64,000 nt of DNA, taken from contig JBLNBO010000005.1 in the NCBI GenBank assembly GCA_050260055.1, positions 129,613 to 193,612 on the forward strand. The letters run 5' to 3'. The DNA is from Ignavibacteriales bacterium (lineage in GTDB: Bacteria; Bacillota; Clostridia; Acetivibrionales; UBA4821). Under the pieces are notes generated by a model. The model searched no databases, was not told the DNA's origin, and saw only the letters and a program-made list of their open reading frames with translations. The number at the start of each line of letters is the position of its first letter. Position 1 is the stretch's first letter. The translations under genes and the position numbers were made by a program. Below, in pieces: positions 40,793 to 50,110 of this stretch.

Positions 40793-42119
40793 AAAATTTG
40801 TTTATTACCAGTCCGGTTGTAATCTTGGGATAAAAGTAGGTTGACTTCTGCGGCATTTTTTCATTTGAGAGGGAAACATCCCTCATTTGGCTAACCTTTG
40901 TAGAATTGAGAAAAAATGCACATTCATACTCTTTAGATTTTACTTTTTCAATAGCGGTTCCTGCATCTTTGACATAGGTTAGATTACTTTGAGCGGCCAT
41001 ATTCTCAGCATCAATTTTAAAATATTGCTCCAGAATAACTGAATGCAAAACAGCAACATCAAGGTCTCGGTAGGCAGGTGACTTATCAGGGACAAGCTTA
41101 TCCATTATTGATACATCTTTAATAGTAAGGATATAGTAATAATCTCCGAGCCCATCAAAATAACCGAATGATTTTCCAAATTCCCCGCTTTGGGCAAGGG
41201 AAATGGTTAGCTGTTCTGGAACGGAGTTTGTATCAAAACTTTTACTATACTCTATTTTTTGAATTCCAAAGTTCTCTTTTGCAAAAGATAAGAATTCTTC
41301 TGAATTAAAATTTTTAATGGATAGAGCCCTGTGCGTAGGGAAAATAACTAATCCGGGGTCCGCCATATCAACAATAGTCATCATTACATAGTTGTAAGAC
41401 TCGGTCCCGTTATGGTTTGGGTTTTCAGAAGCCTTCTTATTTCTGTAGTTTAATGCGGTTTCATATCTATGATGACCATCAGCAATAAAAAGTTTTTTGT
41501 CTTTAAATAATTCACTAATCGAAGATGTTATTTTAGAATCTTTTACTACCCATAATCTTTCAAAGATGTCTTCGCTGTTTACGTAATCAATATCAGGCTT
41601 GTTTTGGATGGTAAAAGAATTTAATATTTCTGATATTTTTCCATCATCATTATATAGTGAAAAGATTTGGCTTATATTTGCATCAGTAGTTGACATTAGA
41701 TTAAATCTGTCTTGCTTCGCCTTGGAAAGTGTGTATTCATGAGGAAGAACAACTCCTTCAGAGAAATCGGATAGTTTAACAAGAGCAATTATTCCACGGC
41801 GGGTTTTTCGTTCCCATTCCGAAACAGTAAAGTCCTGCTCATATATATATATAGCAGGTGAATCTTCCTGTACAAGAATTCCTTCTTCAATCCATTTGCG
41901 AAGATAATTTCCTGCACGGGTATATTTATTATCTGTTTCACTGTCTCCATCAAAATCTTTTCCGAGTTCAATTCTTATTATGTTATTTTCGTGAAGCGAG
42001 TAAAATTCTTCTTGGGCTTCTAAAGAGATTATGTCATAAGGCGGAGTTGTAACCAAAGAAAGATTTTCAATCTTTTTGGAATTATATCTAATTCCTTTAA
42101 AAGGAGATATTACAGCCAT
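40791..42119 (-). CDS. DUF1015 family protein
   Basis: MAVISPFKGIRYN N-terminus and ADGHHRYETAL motif, as I recall them for DUF1015; 442 aa. Confidence 0.7.
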   Translation of the reverse strand: MAVISPFKGIRYNSKKIENLSLVTTPPYDIISLEAQEEFYSLHENNIIRIELGKDFDGDSETDNKYTRAGNYLRKWIEEGILVQEDSPAIYIYEQDFTVSEWERKTRRGIIALVKLSDFSEGVVLPHEYTLSKAKQDRFNLMSTTDANISQIFSLYNDDGKISEILNSFTIQNKPDIDYVNSEDIFERLWVVKDSKITSSISELFKDKKLFIADGHHRYETALNYRNKKASENPNHNGTESYNYVMMTIVDMADPGLVIFPTHRALSIKNFNSEEFLSFAKENFGIQKIEYSKSFDTNSVPEQLTISLAQSGEFGKSFGYFDGLGDYYYILTIKDVSIMDKLVPDKSPAYRDLDVAVLHSVILEQYFKIDAENMAAQSNLTYVKDAGTAIEKVKSKEYECAFFLNSTKVSQMRDVSLSNEKMPQKSTYFYPKITTGLVINKF

Positions 42120-42280
42120 ACATTTTCCTCCTAGTTATAAAATGTAATTTAATTTTATATAAAAGCTTAGAGCCAGTCAATCTATTTAAAGATATAGACA
42201 TACAAAAAAATTTCTTATTTAAAATTTGCTGCATTTAAGGCATAATTAATTATAACTTAGTTATTGGAGGTATTGCTGCT

Positions 42281-42766
42281 TTGAATCCGAAAATTTTCAG
42301 AAAAAGGTTTATTCCTGATGAAATAGTAGATATTTCAGGAGACGAAATTCTTTTCAACGACAGAAATATTATTGTTACCCGATGGAAGCCAATCCATGAA
42401 CGGAACGATTTTGCTGGGGGAATATCCTTTGCATTTTTATCAGAGGGATACAAGATTGGATATTTTTACAAAGAAAACAATGAATTTCTCTATTGGTATA
42501 TAGACATAATTGAAGTCGAGTATAATGAAAAAAGTAATTCTTATACATTTATTGATCTTCTTACTGATGTAAAGGTTTTGCCCGATGGAAGCTGCGATGT
42601 TTTGGATTTAGATGAGCTTGAGCAATCTCTCGAAAAAGGTTATATAGATAATAGACAATATGAGTTGTCTCAAAAAAATCTAAAAAAAGTAACCGAAATG
42701 ATTGAAACTAAGACCTTTCCCCCAAAATTTGTTTCAGATTTTCTGAAAAATTTATATAATGTATAA
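42281..42766 (+). CDS. DUF402 family protein (nucleoside di/triphosphatase-like)
   Basis: YWYIDIIEV..FIDLLTDVKVLPDG..VLDLDEL core typical of DUF402; TTG start after GGAGG. Confidence 0.65.
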   Translation: MNPKIFRKRFIPDEIVDISGDEILFNDRNIIVTRWKPIHERNDFAGGISFAFLSEGYKIGYFYKENNEFLYWYIDIIEVEYNEKSNSYTFIDLLTDVKVLPDGSCDVLDLDELEQSLEKGYIDNRQYELSQKNLKKVTEMIETKTFPPKFVSDFLKNLYNV

Positions 42767-42794
42767 AGAATGCGCCGATTTCGGCGCATTCTTT
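42764..42794 (+). terminator. Rho-independent terminator
   Basis: AAAGAATGCGCCG-attt-CGGCGCATTCTTT. Confidence 0.85.
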
Positions 42795-42897
42795 ATACAT
42801 TATCTTCTTATCTATCCATTAACTACAATAACTTATAAAGAATTAATAAGTTCAATTTTGACATAATACTAATAAAGAAATTTTTCAGGAGAAAAAA

Positions 42898-43425
42898 GTG
42901 GTAAGTTATAATAGGATTATTGGTTTGCCCTTATTTATACTAGATGAGGGAAGAAAATCAGGAATAATTCATGATGTTGTCTTTGATATAAAACGTAATA
43001 TTGTTGAGGGATTCACAAATATTGGTATAAATAAAAAACGAAGCAGCATAAAGATAGCAGAAATCAAACTTCTTGAAGATAAAATCGTAATCCAAAATGA
43101 AAAAAGCATAAAGAGTTGGAATAAAAGTAAAGACGAAAAAGAGAGATTTGTATGTGGTAAAGAATTTATAAAAAAGAAGGTATTTGATTATGATGGAAAT
43201 GATATAGGTTATGTGTATGATATTTTTATTGATATTGAAAACGGTTCTTTAGAGGCATTTCATATTACAGATGGATTGATCGAAGACCTTATTGAAGGAA
43301 GAAAGATAATACCTGTTTTAAGTAAAATTGAACTCAAAGAAGAGGGACTATTCGTTGGCAGGGAGTCGATTGAGGAATTTGTCGATGTTAAAAAGGGATT
43401 TAAACAAATATTTTCGATAGATTAA
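42898..43425 (+). CDS. PRC-barrel domain protein (two PRC-like modules)
   Basis: IGLPLFILDEGRKSGIIHDVVFD and VFDYDGNDIGYVYDIFID resemble PRC-barrel / YlmC-YmxH-type modules. Confidence 0.55.
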   Translation: MVSYNRIIGLPLFILDEGRKSGIIHDVVFDIKRNIVEGFTNIGINKKRSSIKIAEIKLLEDKIVIQNEKSIKSWNKSKDEKERFVCGKEFIKKKVFDYDGNDIGYVYDIFIDIENGSLEAFHITDGLIEDLIEGRKIIPVLSKIELKEEGLFVGRESIEEFVDVKKGFKQIFSID

Positions 43426-43462
43426 TACATTATTAAAATTTTCAAAGGAGGGATTTAAAGTG

Positions 43463-43639
43463 ATGCTTAGAAGCAGTAGATTTACAAGTGGACTGATAAT
43501 TGGAGGTATAATAGGAGCAACTGTTGGAGTTATGAATAGTGGGAATGCAAACAGAATGAAAAGAAGAATTGCTAGAGCAGGTAGAAATGTAATGAACAGA
43601 GGAAATGGAATTGTAGGTGCGATAGCTGACTTGTTTTAA
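43463..43639 (+). CDS. small Gly-rich membrane protein (58 aa; below the ORF-track cutoff)
   Basis: AAAGGAGGG RBS. Translation MLRSSRFTSGLIIGGIIGATVGVMNSGNANRMKRRIARAGRNVMNRGNGIVGAIADLF; followed by a terminator. Confidence 0.55.
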   Translation: MLRSSRFTSGLIIGGIIGATVGVMNSGNANRMKRRIARAGRNVMNRGNGIVGAIADLF

Positions 43640-43643
43640 ATCA

Positions 43644-43679
43644 AAAATTCGGGATTACCTACCTAAATCCCGAATTTTT
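43644..43679. terminator. bidirectional terminator
   Basis: AAAATTCGGGATT-acctaccta-AATCCCGAATTTT. Confidence 0.85.
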
Positions 43680-43703
43680 ACATAAAACTATTATTGTATT
43701 TGT

Positions 43704-45038
43704 TTATCTGGAATAAGAATAGTCTGGTTTTGAGAGAGTTAATGGTTTTTGTTTCCTATCATCTTTGCTTTCAAATATTTCTTCAAAGAATTTAATCCCA
43801 TTACGGAGATTTTCATTTCTCATAAGGTCCATGTGGCTGCCATCAACATTTTTGAAGTGTTTAAATATATTGCTGTCTTCATCCTTAATTGGTACTATTC
43901 CGTCATTCCTTTTATATCCGGCTTCGCTTAAAATGTAATTTCCAAGCCAGCATACCAATGTTTGGGGCCTGGTTATTAGTAAATCTTCCCTGCATTCCTG
44001 TATTTCTTCTTTGCTTTTAGGGATAAACTCCTTTGCTGCTTTATAAATAGCTTTTTGAGCTGCAACTGTTGGCTCTTTCAGAATTCTTTTTGCAGAGGTT
44101 TCTTTGGTTTTTGCATGTAAATCTCTCTTACCCGGAATAACTCCTTTTGTTATATGATAGAGTGTTAATTTTGAAGCCGCTTTTGGAACGCGAAGCATCT
44201 TTTTACGAAAATGCCCTGGCTTTAACTCTCCACGGACAAAATGGGTTTTATCTAGTATTTGATTAAGTATTATTTCGTTTTCCTTGGTTTTATATTTACT
44301 TTCATGAAACTGTCCTCCAATGCAATGTTCATCATATATTTTTTTCCCCTTCGTAGCTTTTTCTTGAAACCTGCAGAACATTTCTATTAATATCTTTTTA
44401 TACAGGGTCTTTTGGTTATCAACAAGAATTTTTCTTAGTTCATCGACACTTCCCATAGGGGTTCCTGACATAGGTGCTCCAAAAGCAAGAGAACCATTTA
44501 TCAATTTGTTAAAATTTTTATTTTCATCAGACTTTTTATTTTGAATTAGATTTTCACTTTCCATCATAGCCCAGTTCCCGATCAAGGTGCCTTTACTAAG
44601 TGATGCCATAATTACTTTCGGTTTGGCAGATTCCTTTCCATAATCTTTGGTACCTTCAAGCAGATTATATAGACCAGAAGCTTCAACTAAAGGAAGCAAT
44701 TGATCTTTTGCAATATCCCTATGACCATGGTCACCTTCGAACTGAAAGAAAATAGGCAGATATCTTTTGCCATCCTCTTTAAAATCAAAGTTATCATATA
44801 AAACTTCTAAAGCAGGATTGGGTAATACATCGGGAGAGCTTTTCGGGCAAAATAAGAACCTGGTATAATCAGGAATACGCTCATTAGAGTTCAATAATTG
44901 ATATGCTTCATATGACATAGTAAGGGTACCGCATTTTTCACCATTTTTACGGTGATATACCGTTACATTCCCCTTTTTGTCTTCTGGCAGCACTACAGTT
45001 ATTCCATTTGGATTAATAGACTTATCATTTTTGTTCAT
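43704..45038 (-). CDS. hypothetical protein, possible alpha/beta-hydrolase fold
   Basis: 444 aa, monocistronic, no signal peptide. Candidate HG (FEGDHGH), nucleophile elbow (ASLSKG), NDGIVP and DGSHMDL motifs in alpha/beta-hydrolase order. Confidence 0.35.
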   Translation of the reverse strand: MNKNDKSINPNGITVVLPEDKKGNVTVYHRKNGEKCGTLTMSYEAYQLLNSNERIPDYTRFLFCPKSSPDVLPNPALEVLYDNFDFKEDGKRYLPIFFQFEGDHGHRDIAKDQLLPLVEASGLYNLLEGTKDYGKESAKPKVIMASLSKGTLIGNWAMMESENLIQNKKSDENKNFNKLINGSLAFGAPMSGTPMGSVDELRKILVDNQKTLYKKILIEMFCRFQEKATKGKKIYDEHCIGGQFHESKYKTKENEIILNQILDKTHFVRGELKPGHFRKKMLRVPKAASKLTLYHITKGVIPGKRDLHAKTKETSAKRILKEPTVAAQKAIYKAAKEFIPKSKEEIQECREDLLITRPQTLVCWLGNYILSEAGYKRNDGIVPIKDEDSNIFKHFKNVDGSHMDLMRNENLRNGIKFFEEIFESKDDRKQKPLTLSKPDYSYSR

Positions 45039-45288
45039 ATGCCTAAAATCCTTTCATGTGTAGTTAATCTAATTATACAGTATTTTCCTGATGAAGTAAA
45101 TGCGGAAGACCCTATTTAGATTTTATCACATGGATGAGCAAATAAAATTTTAAGAATAATATAAAAAGAATAGTTATAGATAGGGTCAATAATAACTCCA
45201 TTATTTTTCTATAACTATAAAGTAATTATTATATAAAGTCGATATATTATCAGAGAGAAATTTATCATGATTCCTAATGGAGGATAAG

Positions 45289-46065
45289 ATGTTAAGAGGT
45301 ATATATACTGCAGGAATGGGATTGCAAGTCCAAGAAAAGAAGATGGATGTTATTTCAAATAATCTTGCCAATGTAAATACTAATGGCTATAAAAAAGATT
45401 CAGCGGTTTTCAATTCTTTCAATTCTATTTTGGTTAAAAGAATAAATGATTATTTTGTTCCATCTCAGCCATCTAACCAGGTTGGAGATATGAGCCTTTC
45501 TACAGATATTGGCCGAATATATACCGATTACAAACAGGGAAATATATCTAATACAGGTAATAATACTGATGCAGCTATTTCCGGAAGTGATAATTCCTTT
45601 TTCACTGTTGAGATATCAGATGACGCAGGAAGTGTTGAAAGATATACGCGTGATGGTGCCTTTTCTCTTGATTCAAACGGAAAATTAGTTACCCAAGAGG
45701 GGTATACTGTATTAGGAGAAGATGGCCCAATTACATTAACCAGCCAGAGCTTCACTATTAATGATAAGGGTGAAATCATAGAAAATGGAGAATTAGTTGG
45801 AAAACTTAAAATAAAGACATTTAAAGAAACAAATTTACTTAGAAAGATGGGAAACAATCTGATTTCAGTTGAAGGAGAAGCAGAAGAGAAGCCTTTTGAA
45901 GGTAAGGTTATGCAGGGATTTGTCGAAGGTTCAAATGTAAATTCAATAAAAGAAATGGTAGATATGATTTCAGTTGTTAGGTCATATGAAGCTAATCAAA
46001 AAGTTATAAAGATGCATGATGAAATGCTTGGAAGAGCAGTAAATGATATACCAAGCCTGAGATAA
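45289..46065 (+). CDS. flagellar basal-body rod protein (FlgF/FlhO-type)
   Basis: MLRGIYTAGMG..DVISNNLANVNTNGYKKD N-terminus and conserved C-terminal rod motif (VDMISVVRSYEANQKV); ATG 45289 follows GGAGGA. Confidence 0.85.
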   Translation: MLRGIYTAGMGLQVQEKKMDVISNNLANVNTNGYKKDSAVFNSFNSILVKRINDYFVPSQPSNQVGDMSLSTDIGRIYTDYKQGNISNTGNNTDAAISGSDNSFFTVEISDDAGSVERYTRDGAFSLDSNGKLVTQEGYTVLGEDGPITLTSQSFTINDKGEIIENGELVGKLKIKTFKETNLLRKMGNNLISVEGEAEEKPFEGKVMQGFVEGSNVNSIKEMVDMISVVRSYEANQKVIKMHDEMLGRAVNDIPSLR

Positions 46066-46167
46066 TAATGCATGATTGAAAATTACTAACCATCAAACAT
46101 TAAAATTTATTATTAATTTCAAATTATACATTGTCAATTCTTAACTGATTTAAGGGGGAACATTACT

Positions 46168-46971
46168 ATGATGAGAGCACTTTGGACATCAGCACTTGGA
46201 ATGACAGGACAGCAAATGAATGTCGATGTTATTGCCAACAATCTTGCAAATGTTAATACAACAGGATATAAAAAGGAAAGAGTTGAATTCAAAGATTTAA
46301 TATATGAAAAGATGAATAATGCATATAGTTATGATGGAGAAGGAAAACCTGTAAACTTGCAGGTCGGTCATGGCGCATATCCGGTTGCAACTGTTAAAAG
46401 TTATTCGCCAGGTAATTTCCAGCAAACAGAAAATCCTTTGGATTTTGCTATAGATGGGCCAGGTTTCTTTGCGTTTAAAGACGCTCAGGGTAATTCAATA
46501 TATTCTAAAGACGGTAGTTTTAAGCTGAGCGTAAGTGATGAAGGAACAAAGCTTGTCAGTACAGATGGATATCCGGTTTTGGATGATGCAGGAAGTGAAA
46601 TATTTTTAACTACAGATGCCAGCAAGCTGAGCATATCAAGTTCAGGAGAACTAATGTATACTGATGAAAATGGTGTGCCCCAATCGATGGGTCAAACATT
46701 AGGAATGGTAAGCTTCATAAATCCGGCAGGATTAGAAAGCTTGGGACACAATATGCTGGGCGTAACGTCAGCCTCGGGGCAGCCGATTTCACAAGATGAA
46801 GCATCAATAAAAAGTACTGTCCAGCAAGGATTTTTAGAATCTTCTAATGTACAGGTAGTTGAAGAAATGGTAAAATTGATTATGGCACAAAGAGCCTATG
46901 AAATAAACTCTAAATCAATACAGAGTTCTGATGAGATGCTTGGGATTGCTAATAACCTAAGAAGAGGCTAA
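46168..46971 (+). CDS. flgG: flagellar basal-body rod protein FlgG (FlhP-type)
   Basis: MRALWTSALGMTGQQMNVDVIANNLANVNTTGYKKERVEFKDL and C-terminal MVKLIMAQRAYEINSK. Confidence 0.9.
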   Translation: MMRALWTSALGMTGQQMNVDVIANNLANVNTTGYKKERVEFKDLIYEKMNNAYSYDGEGKPVNLQVGHGAYPVATVKSYSPGNFQQTENPLDFAIDGPGFFAFKDAQGNSIYSKDGSFKLSVSDEGTKLVSTDGYPVLDDAGSEIFLTTDASKLSISSSGELMYTDENGVPQSMGQTLGMVSFINPAGLESLGHNMLGVTSASGQPISQDEASIKSTVQQGFLESSNVQVVEEMVKLIMAQRAYEINSKSIQSSDEMLGIANNLRRG

Positions 46972-47009
46972 AAAATTATGATGAGCGCTAAAACTAAAGG
47001 GTGGATTTT

Positions 47010-47405
47010 ATGAGTACAAATCAAATAGGCGGAATTAATAATAATCTGGTTGATTTTTCGGTTGATAATGCTAAAAGCCAAGTGAAAACTAATGAATTCG
47101 AAAATACCCTAAAAAAGGCTTATAGCGAAAAAGACGAAAAACAGTTAAAAAAAGTCTGTAAAGATTTTGAACAGATAATGCTTAATATGATGTTCAAACA
47201 GATGCGAGCCACTGTTCAAAAATCTGATTTAACCGATAACAGTTTTGCAACAGAAACCTTCCAAAGCATGTATGACGAAAAGATTACTGAAGAAATGGCA
47301 AAAGGGAAAGGGATTGGGCTTGCGGATATGCTTTATAAGAGCTTATCCAAAGATATGGACAAAACTTATGCTCCTTCAGACAAAAAAATAGAAACAAAAG
47401 AATAA
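47010..47405 (+). CDS. rod-binding protein (FlgJ N-terminal domain-like)
   Basis: FEQIMLNMMFKQMR..FQSMYDEKITEEMAKGKGIGLADMLYKSL matches the Rod-binding domain pattern; directly after flgG. Confidence 0.7.
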   Translation: MSTNQIGGINNNLVDFSVDNAKSQVKTNEFENTLKKAYSEKDEKQLKKVCKDFEQIMLNMMFKQMRATVQKSDLTDNSFATETFQSMYDEKITEEMAKGKGIGLADMLYKSLSKDMDKTYAPSDKKIETKE

Positions 47406-47433
47406 AAGCTGCGCAGCAGCTTTTTCTTTTTTT
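47405..47433 (+). terminator. Rho-independent terminator
   Basis: AAAGCTGC-gca-GCAGCTTT followed by a T-run. Confidence 0.75.
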
Positions 47434-47474
47434 CTAAATATTATATAATACTTTTAATAAGAAAATGGAGGTGA

Positions 47475-47900
47475 ATGATGCTTAGCAATAGCGAGATTCA
47501 AAAAATAATTCCCCATAGGTATCCATTCCTCTTAGTTGATAGAATAGATGAACTCGAACCCGGGAAAAAGGCGGTAGGGACTAAGAATGTTACAATAAAC
47601 GAACCCTTCTTTCAAGGGCATTTTCCGGGCAATCCTATTATGCCGGGAGTGCTGATTGTTGAAGCTCTTGCACAGGTTGGCTGTGTCGCAATGCTATCCC
47701 TTGAAGAGAACAAAGGAAAGTTGGGCGTTTTTACGGGAATAAATGATGTAAGAATACGAAAACAGGTTGTACCTGGCGATACATTAAGGCTTGAAGCAGA
47801 AATGACAGCAATGAAAAGAAATATTGGGAAAGCAAAGATATGTGCAACTGTTGATGGCAAGGTTGCGGTTGATGGAGAAATAATGTTTGCTTTGGTATAA
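47475..47900 (+). CDS. fabZ: 3-hydroxyacyl-ACP dehydratase
   Basis: [36 protein letters not shown] hotdog motifs. Confidence 0.95.
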   Translation: MMLSNSEIQKIIPHRYPFLLVDRIDELEPGKKAVGTKNVTINEPFFQGHFPGNPIMPGVLIVEALAQVGCVAMLSLEENKGKLGVFTGINDVRIRKQVVPGDTLRLEAEMTAMKRNIGKAKICATVDGKVAVDGEIMFALV

Positions 47901-47903
47901 ATA

Positions 47904-47938
47904 AAAAATGCGATAGGGATTTTTCCTATCGCATTTTT
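47904..47938. terminator. bidirectional terminator
   Basis: AAAAATGCGATAGG-gatttttc-CCTATCGCATTTTT between convergent fabZ and murC. Confidence 0.85.
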
Positions 47939-47946
47939 GTAGTTAA

Positions 47947-49332
47947 TTATTTTTCCAGAAGCATTTCTCCAATTTTAAATACATTTCCTGCGCCCATTGT
48001 CATTACCAAGTCTCCGGGCATTGCACCCTCTCTAATCAGTCTTACTGCTTCCTCAAAGCTATATGCATAGACTGCATTTGCGGATTCCTTATTTATTGCA
48101 TCTACAAGGTCTTTTGAATGAATTTCTCCCGTATTATTTTCTCTTGCTGCATAAATATCTGTAATTATAACGTGATTTGCTGATTTAAATGCGGATGCAA
48201 ATTCATTTAAGAGTGATTTGGTTCGTGTGTATGTGTGAGGTTGAAATATGCACCAAAGCGAATTTGGGTTTTGTTTTGAAGCAGCCTCAAGGGTTGCCTT
48301 TACTTCAGAAGGGTGATGTGCATAATCATCTACAATCCTAAAACCGCTAGTTTCACCAACATACTCAAACCTTCTTTTTGCGCCAGAGAATCTTTCAAGA
48401 GAAGCCTTAATTCTTTCAAAATCTGTCCCATAATAAGCACAGGCGGCAATACAGGCAAGCGCGTTGTATACGTTGTGCCTTCCAGGGATTGAAAGCTGAA
48501 TATTTCCGATTAGCGAACCTTTGTGATATACATTAAAGCCGGCGCATCCTCTTACATTGAAAGATATTTGCTCAGCTTTCCAATCGGCATTACTACTAAT
48601 TCCAAAAGATATTTTATTTCTGTCAATTCTTTTAAATATATCAATTACGTTCTCATCGTCAAAATTCCCTATAACAACCCCGGAAGATGAAACCTTATTT
48701 CCGAATTTCAAAAACGAAGATTTTACATGATCAAGATCCTTAAAGAAATCAAGATGATCCATTTCTATATTAAGAATGATGCCACAGTCTGGATAAAATT
48801 TTAGAAAACTTTCAACATACTCGCAGGCTTCGGTTACAAGGAGCTCGCTGGCCCCTATTCTATAATTTCCTCCAATGGAACTTAGCTCTCCTCCGACTAA
48901 TACTGTCGGGTCTGAACCTGATTCGGTTAAAGCCGAAGCGACCATGGAAGTAGTCGTTGTTTTTCCATGTGTTCCCGATACTGCAATTGTTTTAGAATAA
49001 ATACCTGTAATTTCCCCTAGCAAACTTGCACGGTCTACCAAAGGTAGATTTAATTCCTTGGCCCTTATCATTTCAGGGTTATCGGCCTTAACAGCTGCCG
49101 TATAAACAACGCCATCAGCACCATCAACATTTTGAGCTTGATGTGGAATATTAATCTCGATTCCGGAATTTTTCAACCTATCTGTAATATGCGAAGGATT
49201 GAGATCAGAACCTGAGATGACATAGCCCCATTTTATAAGAATTTCAGCCAATCCGCTCATACTGATTCCGCCTATTCCTATCATATGTATCCGTTGCCCT
49301 TTTTTTATACTGTTTAAAAACAAAACATACAC
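47947..49332 (-). CDS. murC: UDP-N-acetylmuramate--L-alanine ligase
   Basis: HMIGIGGISMSGLA, AVSGTHGKTTTTSM Mur-ligase motifs; 461 aa. Confidence 0.95.
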   Translation of the reverse strand: MYVLFLNSIKKGQRIHMIGIGGISMSGLAEILIKWGYVISGSDLNPSHITDRLKNSGIEINIPHQAQNVDGADGVVYTAAVKADNPEMIRAKELNLPLVDRASLLGEITGIYSKTIAVSGTHGKTTTTSMVASALTESGSDPTVLVGGELSSIGGNYRIGASELLVTEACEYVESFLKFYPDCGIILNIEMDHLDFFKDLDHVKSSFLKFGNKVSSSGVVIGNFDDENVIDIFKRIDRNKISFGISSNADWKAEQISFNVRGCAGFNVYHKGSLIGNIQLSIPGRHNVYNALACIAACAYYGTDFERIKASLERFSGAKRRFEYVGETSGFRIVDDYAHHPSEVKATLEAASKQNPNSLWCIFQPHTYTRTKSLLNEFASAFKSANHVIITDIYAARENNTGEIHSKDLVDAINKESANAVYAYSFEEAVRLIREGAMPGDLVMTMGAGNVFKIGEMLLEK

Positions 49333-49655
49333 CTCGATTCGTTATACCTTGATGAAATTATAGAAATTATATTCCATTAACAAGTATATATTACCAGTAC
49401 GAACAAAAAAGTAAATAGTAAACCTAAAATATATTATATCAAAAATTCTCCCGATTATAATTTTTTTAGAATACCCATAAAAATAATCAAAACAGGTAAA
49501 TTTAAACTTAATACTGAGAGAAATATTGGCTATGACGGTAAAATTTTAAAAATATCATAAAAAATGTTAGAATTTTATTGCAAAAAGAAGGAAATTTAAA
49601 AAATATATCGAACTTAACAGTAAGCGTAATATTATAACCGAAGGGTGGTAGCAGT

Positions 49656-49919
49656 ATGGAAATCACAGATATCCGCATAAGGAAAATCAACACAGAATCT
49701 AGAATGAAGGCAGTCGTTTCAGTGACTTTTGACAATGAATTCGTAGTGCACGATATTAAGATTATTGAAAGTCAAAACGGCCTATTCATTGCAATGCCAA
49801 GCAGAAAAACTCCAGAAGGAGAATTTAAGGACATTGCACATCCAATAAATGCTGAAACAAGAGAGAAAATTCAGACAGCTATACTTTCAAAGTTTGAGGC
49901 TGCAGCTGAAACTGAGTAA
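49656..49919 (+). CDS. spoVG: septation/sporulation protein SpoVG
   Basis: [46 protein letters not shown]. Confidence 0.95.
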   Translation: MEITDIRIRKINTESRMKAVVSVTFDNEFVVHDIKIIESQNGLFIAMPSRKTPEGEFKDIAHPINAETREKIQTAILSKFEAAAETE

Positions 49920-49938
49920 AAATTATATATAAATCAAG

Positions 49939-49990
49939 AGACACTTTGAAGACACAATCTTAGTTGTGTTTTCAAAGTGTCTTCTATTTT
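49939..49990 (+). terminator. Rho-independent terminator
   Basis: AGACACTTTGAAgACACAA..TTGTGTtTTCAAAGTGTCT long stem followed by TCTATTTT. Confidence 0.8.
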
Positions 49991-50110
49991 GCACTTTAAA
50001 TAAAAAGATGATAAAATTTTTATCAGAATAAACCTGTGTTAATAATTAAAAACAAGGCAAATTATAATACTAGTATTTTTGATATTAATTAGCTGATAAG
50101 GGGTTTGATT

